A DNA stretch of 51,034 bases from a virus (taxonomy: Duplodnaviria > Caudoviricetes): the IMG/VR virus record IMGVR_UViG_3300021432_000012, positions 1 to 51,034 of that record; one strand, written 5' to 3'. The notes beneath the pieces were generated by a model. It was not told the DNA's origin. It saw only the letters and a program-made list of their open reading frames with translations, and ran no database searches. Of this stretch, positions 1 through 7,312 are shown one piece after another (the stretch's first letter is position 1; each line of letters starts with the position of its first letter). Both the position numbers and the translations under genes were made by a program.

Positions 1-16
1 CGCAAAAATCATTGCA

Positions 17-586
17 GTGAATCAGGAAGCTTTTGATGTTTTCATGGTTCTTTGCAGTGGGAAGTTTGCAGGTCAGTTGATTATTCCTTCTGGGGTTGAA
101 ATATCGGCCCCGGCGCTGGCAAAGTGCAACGATGTGGTTGTCTGCGAAGGAGCGAGTTTCACGGTCCCGGCGCTGGCAGAGTGCAACGATGTGGTTGTCC
201 GCAAAGGAGCGAGTTTCACGGTCCCGGTGCTAGCAAAGTGCAACGATGTGGTTGTCTACGAAGGAGCGAGTTTCACGGCCCCGGTGCTAGCAAAGTGCAA
301 CGATGTGGTTGTCCGCGAAGGAGCGAGTTTCACGGTCCCGGCGCTGGCAGAGTGCGACAATGTGATTGTCCGCGAAGGAGCGAGTTTCACGGTCCCGGCG
401 CTGGCAAAGTGCAACAATGTGATTGTCCGCGAAGGAGCGAGTTTCACGGTCCCGGCGCTGGCAGAGTGCAACAATGTGTATGTCTACGAAGGAGCGAGTT
501 TCACGGTCCCGGCGCTGGCAGAGTGCAACGATGTGGTTGTCCGCAAAGGAGCGAGTTTCACGGCACCTCAACTAAAAAGGAAATGA
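17..586 (+). CDS. Tandem-repeat solenoid (LRR/L-domain-like) protein, copy A, 8 x 19-aa units; probably 5'-truncated by the contig edge
   Basis: Unit P[AV]LA[KE]C[ND][DN]V[VIY]V[CRY][EK]GASFT[VA]. The frame is open upstream of the GTG (AKIIAV...) to the contig edge and no RBS is visible. Confidence 0.85.
   Translation: MNQEAFDVFMVLCSGKFAGQLIIPSGVEISAPALAKCNDVVVCEGASFTVPALAECNDVVVRKGASFTVPVLAKCNDVVVYEGASFTAPVLAKCNDVVVREGASFTVPALAECDNVIVREGASFTVPALAKCNNVIVREGASFTVPALAECNNVYVYEGASFTVPALAECNDVVVRKGASFTAPQLKRK
110..565 (+). repeat. Coding tandem array, 8 x 57 bp
   Basis: Direct reading; consensus ccggcgctggcaaagtgcaacgatgtggttgtccgcgaaggagcgagtttcacggtc. Confidence 0.97.
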
Positions 587-598
587 TTGATAAATAGC

Positions 599-787
599 AT
601 GAAGCCAAATCATCTTATAGCATGGCAAATGACAATGAATCTCACCGCTAAATCAGCGGCAGAGCTTCTAGGAGTCAGCCGCATGAGTTATTCAAGCTGG
701 ATTAATGGCAGGCATCCTATCCCGAAATCCGTTGATTATGCGTGCACTGCTATTTTCTTCGGAATGGTTCCTTATTCAGAAAGGTAA
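599..787 (+). CDS. Small XRE/Cro-like helix-turn-helix protein
   Basis: LTAKSAAELLGVSRMSYSSWING HTH pattern; similar to 13090-13287. Confidence 0.8.
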   Translation: MKPNHLIAWQMTMNLTAKSAAELLGVSRMSYSSWINGRHPIPKSVDYACTAIFFGMVPYSER

Positions 788-791
788 AAAC

Positions 792-1088
792 ATGATGATA
801 TTTAAATTTCCGCTTCAGCCAAATTCAGAAGGTGGCTGGACGATCAGCACGGCTTATTTGAAAGAAATAGCTTCTCATATTGCCGAAAATTCCGTGTCTT
901 GGGAGGACATAGAAACTGTCCTATTAGCACTTGTGCAAATGCACGACCCTGCGCATGACAGCGATTGCTCCATGCATAATTCGCCTGCTTATCCGAATGG
1001 TTTGTGCGATTGCTCTAGAATGCATATTGGCGCATTTGAGAATGAAATGCTTAACGCTCAAGCTAAATTGAGGAAAAACGATGAGTAA
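792..1088 (+). CDS. Hypothetical protein with a His/Cys metal-binding motif
   Basis: HDSDCSMHNSPAYPNGLCDC motif; AAGG RBS before ATG 792. Confidence 0.65.
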   Translation: MMIFKFPLQPNSEGGWTISTAYLKEIASHIAENSVSWEDIETVLLALVQMHDPAHDSDCSMHNSPAYPNGLCDCSRMHIGAFENEMLNAQAKLRKNDE

Positions 1089-1377
1089 GCAATGTCCATC
1101 ATGTGGTGGCGACTGTGGAGGCACAAAACAGACAGGGTGCAAATACAAAGGCAGATTGACCGATAGTGAATTGATCCAAGAAGCTAAGTTGTACGCGCAA
1201 TATTCTTCTATCGAAGATTCACAGAAACTTGTCCCGGACATGGACATAGAGGCGGAAATAAAAGTCATGAATACCGAATACGACAAATGGGCGACAGAAA
1301 ATACGCCTGTTCGTGAAAGCATGGCGTGGCATGACGGCTTCTGCGCTGCATTGAAACTCTTGAAGAGGGAATCATGA
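1081..1377 (+). CDS. Hypothetical protein, N-terminal Cys cluster
   Basis: CPSCGGDCGG...C; GAGG RBS; overlaps its neighbours. Confidence 0.65.
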   Translation: MSKQCPSCGGDCGGTKQTGCKYKGRLTDSELIQEAKLYAQYSSIEDSQKLVPDMDIEAEIKVMNTEYDKWATENTPVRESMAWHDGFCAALKLLKRES

Positions 1378-1598
1378 CTCAGCTAAAACAAGTATCTGAA
1401 AAAGAATACGTTGATTTTGTGCAGACACTCAATCTTCAATATTTCGGTGAAGATGTTTCTCCAGATAATTACTGTACAACGTATTGGGTGAAAGGAAGCG
1501 GAAGACCATGGCATGAATCTATCGTAGCGCGCAGTTTACCTGATATTACGACAAGCAATCACCGCCAGAAAGTTTTCTACATTCATGAGGTGCCATGA
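1374..1598 (+). CDS. Hypothetical protein
   Basis: ATGA coupling on both sides, RBS present. Confidence 0.6.
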   Translation: MTQLKQVSEKEYVDFVQTLNLQYFGEDVSPDNYCTTYWVKGSGRPWHESIVARSLPDITTSNHRQKVFYIHEVP

Positions 1599-1804
1599 TG
1601 TTTAAAATAGACAGAAATATCCCCCCTCCACATAAAAAATCCAAATATCCATTTGGAGATATGAATGTTGGAGATTCAATCCTTATCCCATACAGTAAAT
1701 ATGCTACTGCAAGTGTCTCTGCGAGAAATTTCGGCAAGAAAAATGGTATGAGATTTACTACCAGGAAAAGCGAAGGTGAAGCTAGAATATGGAGAATCGC
1801 ATGA
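1595..1804 (+). CDS. Small basic putative DNA-binding phage protein
   Basis: FKIDRNIPPP...KYPFGDMNVGDS...RIWRI, a recurrent phage family. Confidence 0.7.
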   Translation: MMFKIDRNIPPPHKKSKYPFGDMNVGDSILIPYSKYATASVSARNFGKKNGMRFTTRKSEGEARIWRIA

Positions 1805-2178
1805 GCGGCCCGATTGATTCTCCCACTATCATAAAACGTGCTGGACTAGTTGAAGAACAATTGAAATATCGAGACTTGACGGTCAAGGACATCAAAAGAG
1901 TATTCTATGTCAAAAACGAATCGGCATATCAATCAGTCGTTAGGTACTTGGTCGATAACGACCTCATGCACTGCATAGGAACTGTTCCAGGAAGCAAATC
2001 ACGAGAAAAGATATACCGGCGCGGCCCTGGTGTTGAAGAATGCGTAGAGCGTCATTTAAAGTCTCCATTCAACGCGAAAAACTGCAAGAAGCAGGAATGG
2101 TGGACTCAGTTGGAATTGTGTAAAATGCTTGGTAACAATTCTAAGACTGATGTTTCGTATTGCGAAAGTATTGCGTAA
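1801..2178 (+). CDS. Hypothetical protein, possibly winged-helix
   Basis: ATGA-coupled ORF; LTVKDI...VVRYLVDNDLM...IY pattern. Confidence 0.55.
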   Translation: MSGPIDSPTIIKRAGLVEEQLKYRDLTVKDIKRVFYVKNESAYQSVVRYLVDNDLMHCIGTVPGSKSREKIYRRGPGVEECVERHLKSPFNAKNCKKQEWWTQLELCKMLGNNSKTDVSYCESIA

Positions 2179-2275
2179 GTCTAACTAGCGATAACATGTG
2201 GCTTTCACTAGTCAGCATGGGTATTTTTTTAAAAACCGCGCCAGACGGATTCTGGAAATCTTAAAAGGAAATAAA

Positions 2276-2686
2276 ATGTCTGACGAATCTATTGAAAAAG
2301 AAATAATCTATAAAGGATTGACAGCGCCGAGAGTTACGCCAAGCAAAATAGAGGCAATTATAGACGGAGAATATTACTTTACTGCATCTTCTGCAATGGA
2401 AAATAATCCAAGTATCCCAGGATTTCATAAAGAATTAGATTTATTAACTTTTTGCGTTCTTGTATTGGAAAATGGTTTTACAGTTACTGGCGAAAGTGCA
2501 TGCGCGAGTGCAGAAAATTTCGATTCAGAATTGGGAAGAAAAATTGCTCGTGAAAATGCAATACAGAAAATTTGGCCGCTTGAGGGTTATCTTTTGAAAT
2601 CAAAACTTGCAGATAAAAAATATCCTGTTCAACCTCCACAAGACAATGCGCATGTAGGGGATGGATGCGAGAAATTCATAGAATGA
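2276..2686 (+). CDS. Phage Gp49/Gp66-family protein
   Basis: TAPRVTP...LTFCVLVLENGFTVTGESACASAENFDSELGRKIARENAIQKIWPLEGYLLK; AAGGA RBS before ATG 2276. Confidence 0.88.
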   Translation: MSDESIEKEIIYKGLTAPRVTPSKIEAIIDGEYYFTASSAMENNPSIPGFHKELDLLTFCVLVLENGFTVTGESACASAENFDSELGRKIARENAIQKIWPLEGYLLKSKLADKKYPVQPPQDNAHVGDGCEKFIE

Positions 2687-2691
2687 TTTAG

Positions 2692-2731
2692 TGAAATTCT
2701 AAAGTGAAATATTGCATTCTTTAGAATTTCA
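2692..2731. terminator. 13-bp intergenic stem-loop (terminator or processing site)
   Basis: tgaaattctaaag / ctttagaatttca inverted repeat just after the gp49 stop. Confidence 0.5.
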
Positions 2732-2756
2732 TTAAATACATATTTCAGGAGACAAT

Positions 2757-3095
2757 ATGTCAATGCTTATCCAGCAGTTAGAACAGCAGCTAGCACAGTT
2801 AAAAGCTACCGCAGCAGCCGCGCAGGCGATACCTACAGCCTTAGCACGCCCTGATATTCAGGCTATGATTGCTGCTGAAGTGTCTAAAACGTCAGTGCCG
2901 TCTGCGCAGCCGTCAGCGGTGCCTAACGAAACAGCGGTCATGATGGCATTGCTAGGATCGGCATTCACCGAGGATCAGCAGATGTGGATATCGGCTAATG
3001 TGAAATCTCTACCTGCCTTTATCGTGTCTGATGCTGGCAAGGCTTCGCTAAATAAACTGTTGTATGAGTTTCAAAGCTTTATGACGCCGAAATAG
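2757..3095 (+). CDS. Ala/Gln-rich hypothetical protein
   Basis: AGGAG RBS; N-terminal coiled coil. Confidence 0.75.
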   Translation: MSMLIQQLEQQLAQLKATAAAAQAIPTALARPDIQAMIAAEVSKTSVPSAQPSAVPNETAVMMALLGSAFTEDQQMWISANVKSLPAFIVSDAGKASLNKLLYEFQSFMTPK

Positions 3096-3097
3096 GG

Positions 3098-3184
3098 TCA
3101 TCCGTGGTTGGCAACTTTTCTGATTAATGTGCCATTTATTTCGTCGTAGTGGAATAATTCTTGAAGTTTTGCCCGAGTAAGCAT
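3098..3184 (-). pseudogene. Truncated N-terminus of a phage HNH homing endonuclease
   Basis: MLTRAKLQELFHYDEINGTLIRKVANHG* matches the typical MLTqerLkElfhYDpetG start; GGAG RBS; stops after 28 aa. Confidence 0.7.
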
Positions 3185-3263
3185 TCGATTCTCCAGTTAA
3201 GAGAGTTAAAGAATCGCGCCAGACGGTAACTAACCGTTTTTCGAATGCCTTCTAGGCGCGATT
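3181..3263 (-). promoter_or_regulatory. Structured leader RNA able to pair with the HNH start codon
   Basis: Outer stem 3212-3220/3255-3263, inner stem 3223-3237; 3241-3248 is complementary to 3181-3188, which spans the AUG. Confidence 0.55.
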
Positions 3264-3283
3264 TGAAATGCTATTTTATACCA

Positions 3284-4156
3284 TCAACGAACGCTTGTGT
3301 TAGATGATACTGGATTGCCAGAAGCAGTCATAGTTCCCAAATTTACAATGCCGTTATGGATTATCTGGTTCTGATTAATCAGAGCCTGCAACCCTGATGC
3401 AATCGTATTCAGAACTTGAAATTGCTGTTGCTGCTGAGCTTGGGCTTGGTTCTGATTGACATTTTGCGTGATCGTCAATTCAGTCTCCCTGCTATGCCGC
3501 TGGCTATTACGATCACCCTTCAGTTCGATAATCTCATTCTGAGCAGTTGCCAGCATACGATTCAACGCAGCATCATTGTTAGCGATAATCAAAGCACGTG
3601 TCTTATCGCCATCAACTTGGATAGCTTGGGAAACTGCGTACTGCGCGCCGGCGATTTGCAAAGCCGTATCTTTGAACGCCAAGGCCGAAGCTGTTCCTGT
3701 ACGCTCAACAGCCGTTGCCACAGCCGCCGTATTCAATGCAACCTGAGTTGCCAAGTCGCCGCCCACCTTCTGGACTTGAACGCCCAAAGCCGCCGCATTC
3801 AACGCCGCCTGAGTATTTGCTTCGCCTTGGCCCTTGGCGATTTCAACACCTAGCGCTGCATTGCCTACGCCAACAGCTAGTTGCGTAGCTCCTGCGGTAC
3901 GTTCTACTGCGGCCTGAATCTCGCGCTGGCTCTCTGCATCGAAACGAGCCGTTACCAAGCGCTCTAAGCTAGCTACGCGCTCATTACTGTTCATGTTGAC
4001 GCCATCTGCTGTCCCGCGATTGCCAAAAAGACCGTTACCGCCTAATAGTGCGCCTCCAAGCACGCCACCAAGTAGGCCAGCGCCTAGGCCGCCTCCGATT
4101 GCTGCGCCAGTCCCAGCGCCAGGTGTAAAAATATTGTGTACAGGTGTTCCGTCCAT
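3284..4156 (-). CDS. Glycine-zipper / coiled-coil / Q-N-rich protein of unknown function
   Basis: GGAG RBS before ATG 4156; GGGLGAGLLGGVLGGALLGG; DGDKTRALI; QNVNQNQAQAQQQQQ. Confidence 0.85.
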   Translation of the reverse strand: MDGTPVHNIFTPGAGTGAAIGGGLGAGLLGGVLGGALLGGNGLFGNRGTADGVNMNSNERVASLERLVTARFDAESQREIQAAVERTAGATQLAVGVGNAALGVEIAKGQGEANTQAALNAAALGVQVQKVGGDLATQVALNTAAVATAVERTGTASALAFKDTALQIAGAQYAVSQAIQVDGDKTRALIIANNDAALNRMLATAQNEIIELKGDRNSQRHSRETELTITQNVNQNQAQAQQQQQFQVLNTIASGLQALINQNQIIHNGIVNLGTMTASGNPVSSNTSVR

Positions 4157-4281
4157 GATTTTCTCCAGTGAATTCGAATTGCCAGAATGGCGGTTAATCA
4201 TGGATCAGTAGGCGTATTGCGTAAGTTGCTGTTTTGTATTGCTATTTTCGTTGCATATTCGTTAAAATACGTCAACTTATC

Positions 4282-4506
4282 ATGGGGCGGCATATGCAAG
4301 AGCAAAAAAAAGACGGTCGCCCGTTAATTCACCCAGAACAGGAAGTCGCCCTAGCAAATTACACGGCTAGGATAACTTTCCGGCAGGCGCGTATCGCGAG
4401 AAAGATAGGTAACGGAAACTTGAGCGAGGGATTGAGAAAATGCATAGAGAAGGCGGCGATAGACTTGCAGTTCATGCAGGCATTGCCAGTCCAAAAAAAG
4501 AAATGA
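4282..4506 (+). CDS. Putative ribbon-helix-helix regulator
   Basis: GRP...YTARIT...ARKIGNGNLSEGLRKCIE; divergent from the glycine-zipper gene. Confidence 0.65.
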   Translation: MGRHMQEQKKDGRPLIHPEQEVALANYTARITFRQARIARKIGNGNLSEGLRKCIEKAAIDLQFMQALPVQKKK

Positions 4507-4658
4507 TCCGGGCGTATTTTTACGCTCGCGGTTTTCTACGCTCGGTGATTCTTGATACTAATGATTTTGGATGGGCTAAATTAGATTTAGCTGACTGGCT
4601 TTCTGAGCATAGAATGTCGCCAACTTCTGCTGTCATGTTTGAAATATTTGTTAAATAA
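4503..4658 (+). CDS. Hypothetical protein
   Basis: ATGA-coupled short ORF. Confidence 0.45.
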   Translation: MIRAYFYARGFLRSVILDTNDFGWAKLDLADWLSEHRMSPTSAVMFEIFVK

Positions 4659-4673
4659 CAAAACTAAAATAGT

Positions 4674-4702
4674 TTGCAATTGCTCCTGAGAATTCCTATA
4701 CT
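4674..4702 (+). promoter_or_regulatory. Sigma70-type promoter
   Basis: TTGCAA-17 bp-TATACT. Confidence 0.6.
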
Positions 4703-4720
4703 ACATAGGTAATTCTAGGA

Positions 4721-4918
4721 GTGATTATGATTACGTATATTTTGTTATTGCTGATGTCGGCGGACCCTAATCCGACATTCATGATGATGGCTGAATTTCC
4801 TACGAAAAAAGCCTGTACAGATTTTGTGGAAAGCAACAATTTCACGCCTCCGCAAAAGGCCCGTCTAGTTTGTCAGGGATTCGTTCTTGAAGATGCGCCA
4901 GCCGCCCCCCCCAAATAA
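4721..4918 (+). CDS. Small secreted or membrane protein with a Cys pair
   Basis: AGGAG RBS; hydrophobic N-terminus; EFPTKKAC...LVC. Confidence 0.6.
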   Translation: MIMITYILLLLMSADPNPTFMMMAEFPTKKACTDFVESNNFTPPQKARLVCQGFVLEDAPAAPPK

Positions 4919-4996
4919 GCCAGCCTCAGAAAAGAAAAAGTGTCTAGATTTCAACGGCATGGATTGCAAGCGCTCTCGTGATATGGAAGTCGGCAT

Positions 4997-5104
4997 ATGA
5001 ATACGGAAATTAGTTTAGGCGACGTATTGGCGTTCGCCTACCTGATCGGAGTTTTGATCGGAATGGTGATTGGTTTCAAGATGGGTAGAGCGTTAAAGCA
5101 GTGA
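4997..5104 (+). CDS. 35-aa single-TM peptide
   Basis: MNTEISLGDVLAFAYLIGVLIGMVIGFKMGRALKQ* (translated by hand). Confidence 0.45.
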   Translation: MNTEISLGDVLAFAYLIGVLIGMVIGFKMGRALKQ

Positions 5105-5139
5105 TTTAAGAAATATTTGCGAAAACAAACAAATACTCC

Positions 5140-5168
5140 TTGAAATTATTGCTCTAGTAAATTAATAT
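5140..5168 (+). promoter_or_regulatory. Sigma70-type promoter for the replication operon
   Basis: TTGAAA-17 bp-TAATAT. Confidence 0.5.
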
Positions 5169-5190
5169 TGTCTTGTCTGAGCAATCAGAT

Positions 5191-5346
5191 TCGCTAACGG
5201 ATGGTGCCGAGCGATGCAAATACAGATGGAATGTGCCTCAAAGTTTTTTGGAGGGTAGTGTAGAACGTTCCCGGGACCATCTGCCCATGCAAGGAATGTT
5301 CTGCGCCACCAAGCGCCTACCCTCCAAAGGTCTTTGAGGTTTTTTT
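5191..5346 (+). ncRNA. C4/CI-like antisense RNA or attenuator with upstream complementary targets
   Basis: Nested stems 5236-5243/5332-5339, 5248-5258/5317-5327 and 5260-5271/5293-5304, then a U-run. Loop CCATCTG (5277-5283) is complementary to CAGATGG (5223-5229). Confidence 0.6.
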
Positions 5347-5779
5347 ACGCCTAAATATTTTGAATTAACTGTGCCATGACCAAATCAGCATGGCTTAAAT
5401 GGGAACGATAGGAATCTCGGCATGCAGTAAGTGAATACTGAGTATAGAGGGCACAACCGCCGAACGGCAGTATTCGAGAGTCAAGAATGACCAGTAGGAC
5501 AAGCGTGGGGTGTAGTGGTTAGAGCGTGCTGGTGGGCCGTGAGGCTTATAGTCTGACCAAATGACGGGCAATTAGCGTAGTTACTTGGATTGAAAAATAT
5601 TCAATTTAATTGTCCGGCAGCCAACCGAGGATAACTCTAAGAGTTTGACTGGGGGTGCTGTTGACTTTGGGATTCAATCCAAGAGAAAAAATAGATTCTA
5701 ATTAGTACCTAATAGGGGTCTGTTTATAGAAAAGCAATATTGGTAATTGAGAAATATTACCTGACAAGGAATAAATAAA

Positions 5780-7312
5780 ATGCAAGAAAGCTTAGTAGCT
5801 GGTTTGGAAAGTGAAAAATCTTCTTCCAATATTGTGAATGAATTGGTTCTTCGTAATTATCAAGAAGATGCCATCATACTAATCAAGAATTCCTTGGCTA
5901 ATGGGAATAAAAGAATTGTCCTTCAAGCCGCTACCGGGTCAGGTAAGAGCGCGATTTGCGAAACAATGATCGTGGGTGCCTTGAAAAAAGGAAAGCGAGT
6001 CATGTTCCTGGTGAATCGCGTTCAACTAGCCGACCAAATGTCGACCCATTTGAGCCGCGCAAAGATTGAGCATGGGATTCTACAAGGGGCAAATACTCGT
6101 GGCACTTATCACGATTGTGTGATTGCCTCAATAGATACTATTCATAAGCGGGGATATCCTGAATGCGATCTTATTCTTTGCGATGAAGTGCACGGGGCCG
6201 CTGGGTCAGAAAAATATCACAAACTCATAGAGCATTACAAAGGAATTCCTATCATTGGAGTGACTGCCACATGCATGGCAAAGGGACTTGGTAAGCAATA
6301 TAAATTCGGTAAGTTATTTGAAGATATTGTTTGCCCAATTTCTATCCAAGAATTGATAGATCAAGGTTATCTGGTTGATGTTGATATTTACGCTCCGAGC
6401 GAGCCAGATTTAAAAAATGTAAAAATAGTAGCCGGTGACTATCACGAAAAGCAGCTTGCAGAGGCGGTCGATAAACCGACACTGATTGGGGATATAGTCG
6501 ATAACTGGATGCAAAATGCAAAAGGAAAGCAAACGATAGTCTTTGCCGTAGATATCGCACACAGTAAGCACATCGTAGAGCGTTTTAATGCCGCTGGAAT
6601 CAACGCGGAGCATATTGACTACATGATGACCTATGATGAGAAGAAAGAGATTGTAGGCAGGTTTAAAGCTTCGGAATTTACAATTTTATCGAATTGTGCA
6701 TTGCTCTCTGAGGGATTCGATGCGCCAGCTACTGAAGTCATGATTTTGGCGCGTCCGACAAAAAGTAAGATCAGATATTTGCAGATGGTAGGGCGTGTCC
6801 TGCGCCCGTTTGCTGGAAAGGATAAAGCGGTATTATTCGACCATTCCGGATCAACTGCTCAGCTAGGATTCCCGACCGATGATTTTCCGATTGTTCTTGA
6901 TGATGGGAAACCTAAAAAATCATCCGGATCGGATAAGAAAAAAGAGGAAAAGTTACCGGTTAAATGTACTAGTTGCAAATATCTCCGTAAGAACGGAGGT
7001 AAATGTCCGATATGTGGATTTGTGCCGCAAAAGAAAAATTCTGTCGTGACTGCGATAGGTAGTTTGACGAAAAAGGAAAAAACAAAAAAATCAATATACG
7101 AATCTATGAACAAGCAGCAGGTTTTTTCTGAACTACGATATATTGCTAATGAAAAAGGTTATTCTGATGGATGGGTAGCAAATCAATATAGAAGTTTTTT
7201 TTCTGTCTGGCCGCGTGGTCTTGAAAATACGATGTCGGAGCCTGGAATTCTCGTGCATAACAAAGTGAAATCTAATTTCATCAGATTCGCGAAGGGCAGA
7301 AAAAATGGCTGA
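5780..7312 (+). CDS. SF2 DEAD/DEAH-box helicase with C-terminal Zn finger
   Basis: AATGSGKS, DEVH, TAT, EGFD, QMVGRVLR motifs; CTSC/CPIC. Confidence 0.95.
   Translation: MQESLVAGLESEKSSSNIVNELVLRNYQEDAIILIKNSLANGNKRIVLQAATGSGKSAICETMIVGALKKGKRVMFLVNRVQLADQMSTHLSRAKIEHGILQGANTRGTYHDCVIASIDTIHKRGYPECDLILCDEVHGAAGSEKYHKLIEHYKGIPIIGVTATCMAKGLGKQYKFGKLFEDIVCPISIQELIDQGYLVDVDIYAPSEPDLKNVKIVAGDYHEKQLAEAVDKPTLIGDIVDNWMQNAKGKQTIVFAVDIAHSKHIVERFNAAGINAEHIDYMMTYDEKKEIVGRFKASEFTILSNCALLSEGFDAPATEVMILARPTKSKIRYLQMVGRVLRPFAGKDKAVLFDHSGSTAQLGFPTDDFPIVLDDGKPKKSSGSDKKKEEKLPVKCTSCKYLRKNGGKCPICGFVPQKKNSVVTAIGSLTKKEKTKKSIYESMNKQQVFSELRYIANEKGYSDGWVANQYRSFFSVWPRGLENTMSEPGILVHNKVKSNFIRFAKGRKNG

Larger units (their letters stand above)
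1..589 (+). repeat. Left terminal inverted repeat (pairs with 50560-51034)
   Basis: 1-127 is the exact reverse complement of 50908-51034. Homology continues through the tandem array to ...AAAAAGGAAATGATTG (589). The 114-bp length difference from the right copy equals 2 x 57 bp. Confidence 0.95.

Noticed and set aside
1-127. True ITRs of a protein-primed linear genome
   Set aside because: There is no protein-primed PolB or terminal protein, the phage has TerS/TerL/portal, the ORFs run off both ends, and the 127-bp length matches an assembler k-mer.
110-565. CRISPR array
   Set aside because: The 57-bp units are contiguous, in-frame coding repeats with no unique spacers, and no cas genes are present.
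1-589. Complete diversity-generating retroelement
   Set aside because: The codon pattern is suggestive, but there is no reverse transcriptase, Avd or non-coding A-rich template in the window, and neither copy behaves as the all-A template.
124-597. Cys/Arg-rich alternative-frame repeat ORFs (also 256-474, 287-571, 50651-50911)
   Set aside because: These are shadow frames of a stop-poor tandem repeat with no RBS.
2237-2248. 12-bp match CGCGCCAGACGG with 3215-3226 (possible antisense pairing)
   Set aside because: A single short match that could be chance, with no supporting structure at the first site.
3416-4211. Plus-strand ORFs 3416-3853 and 3993-4211
   Set aside because: Antisense shadows of the glycine-zipper gene.
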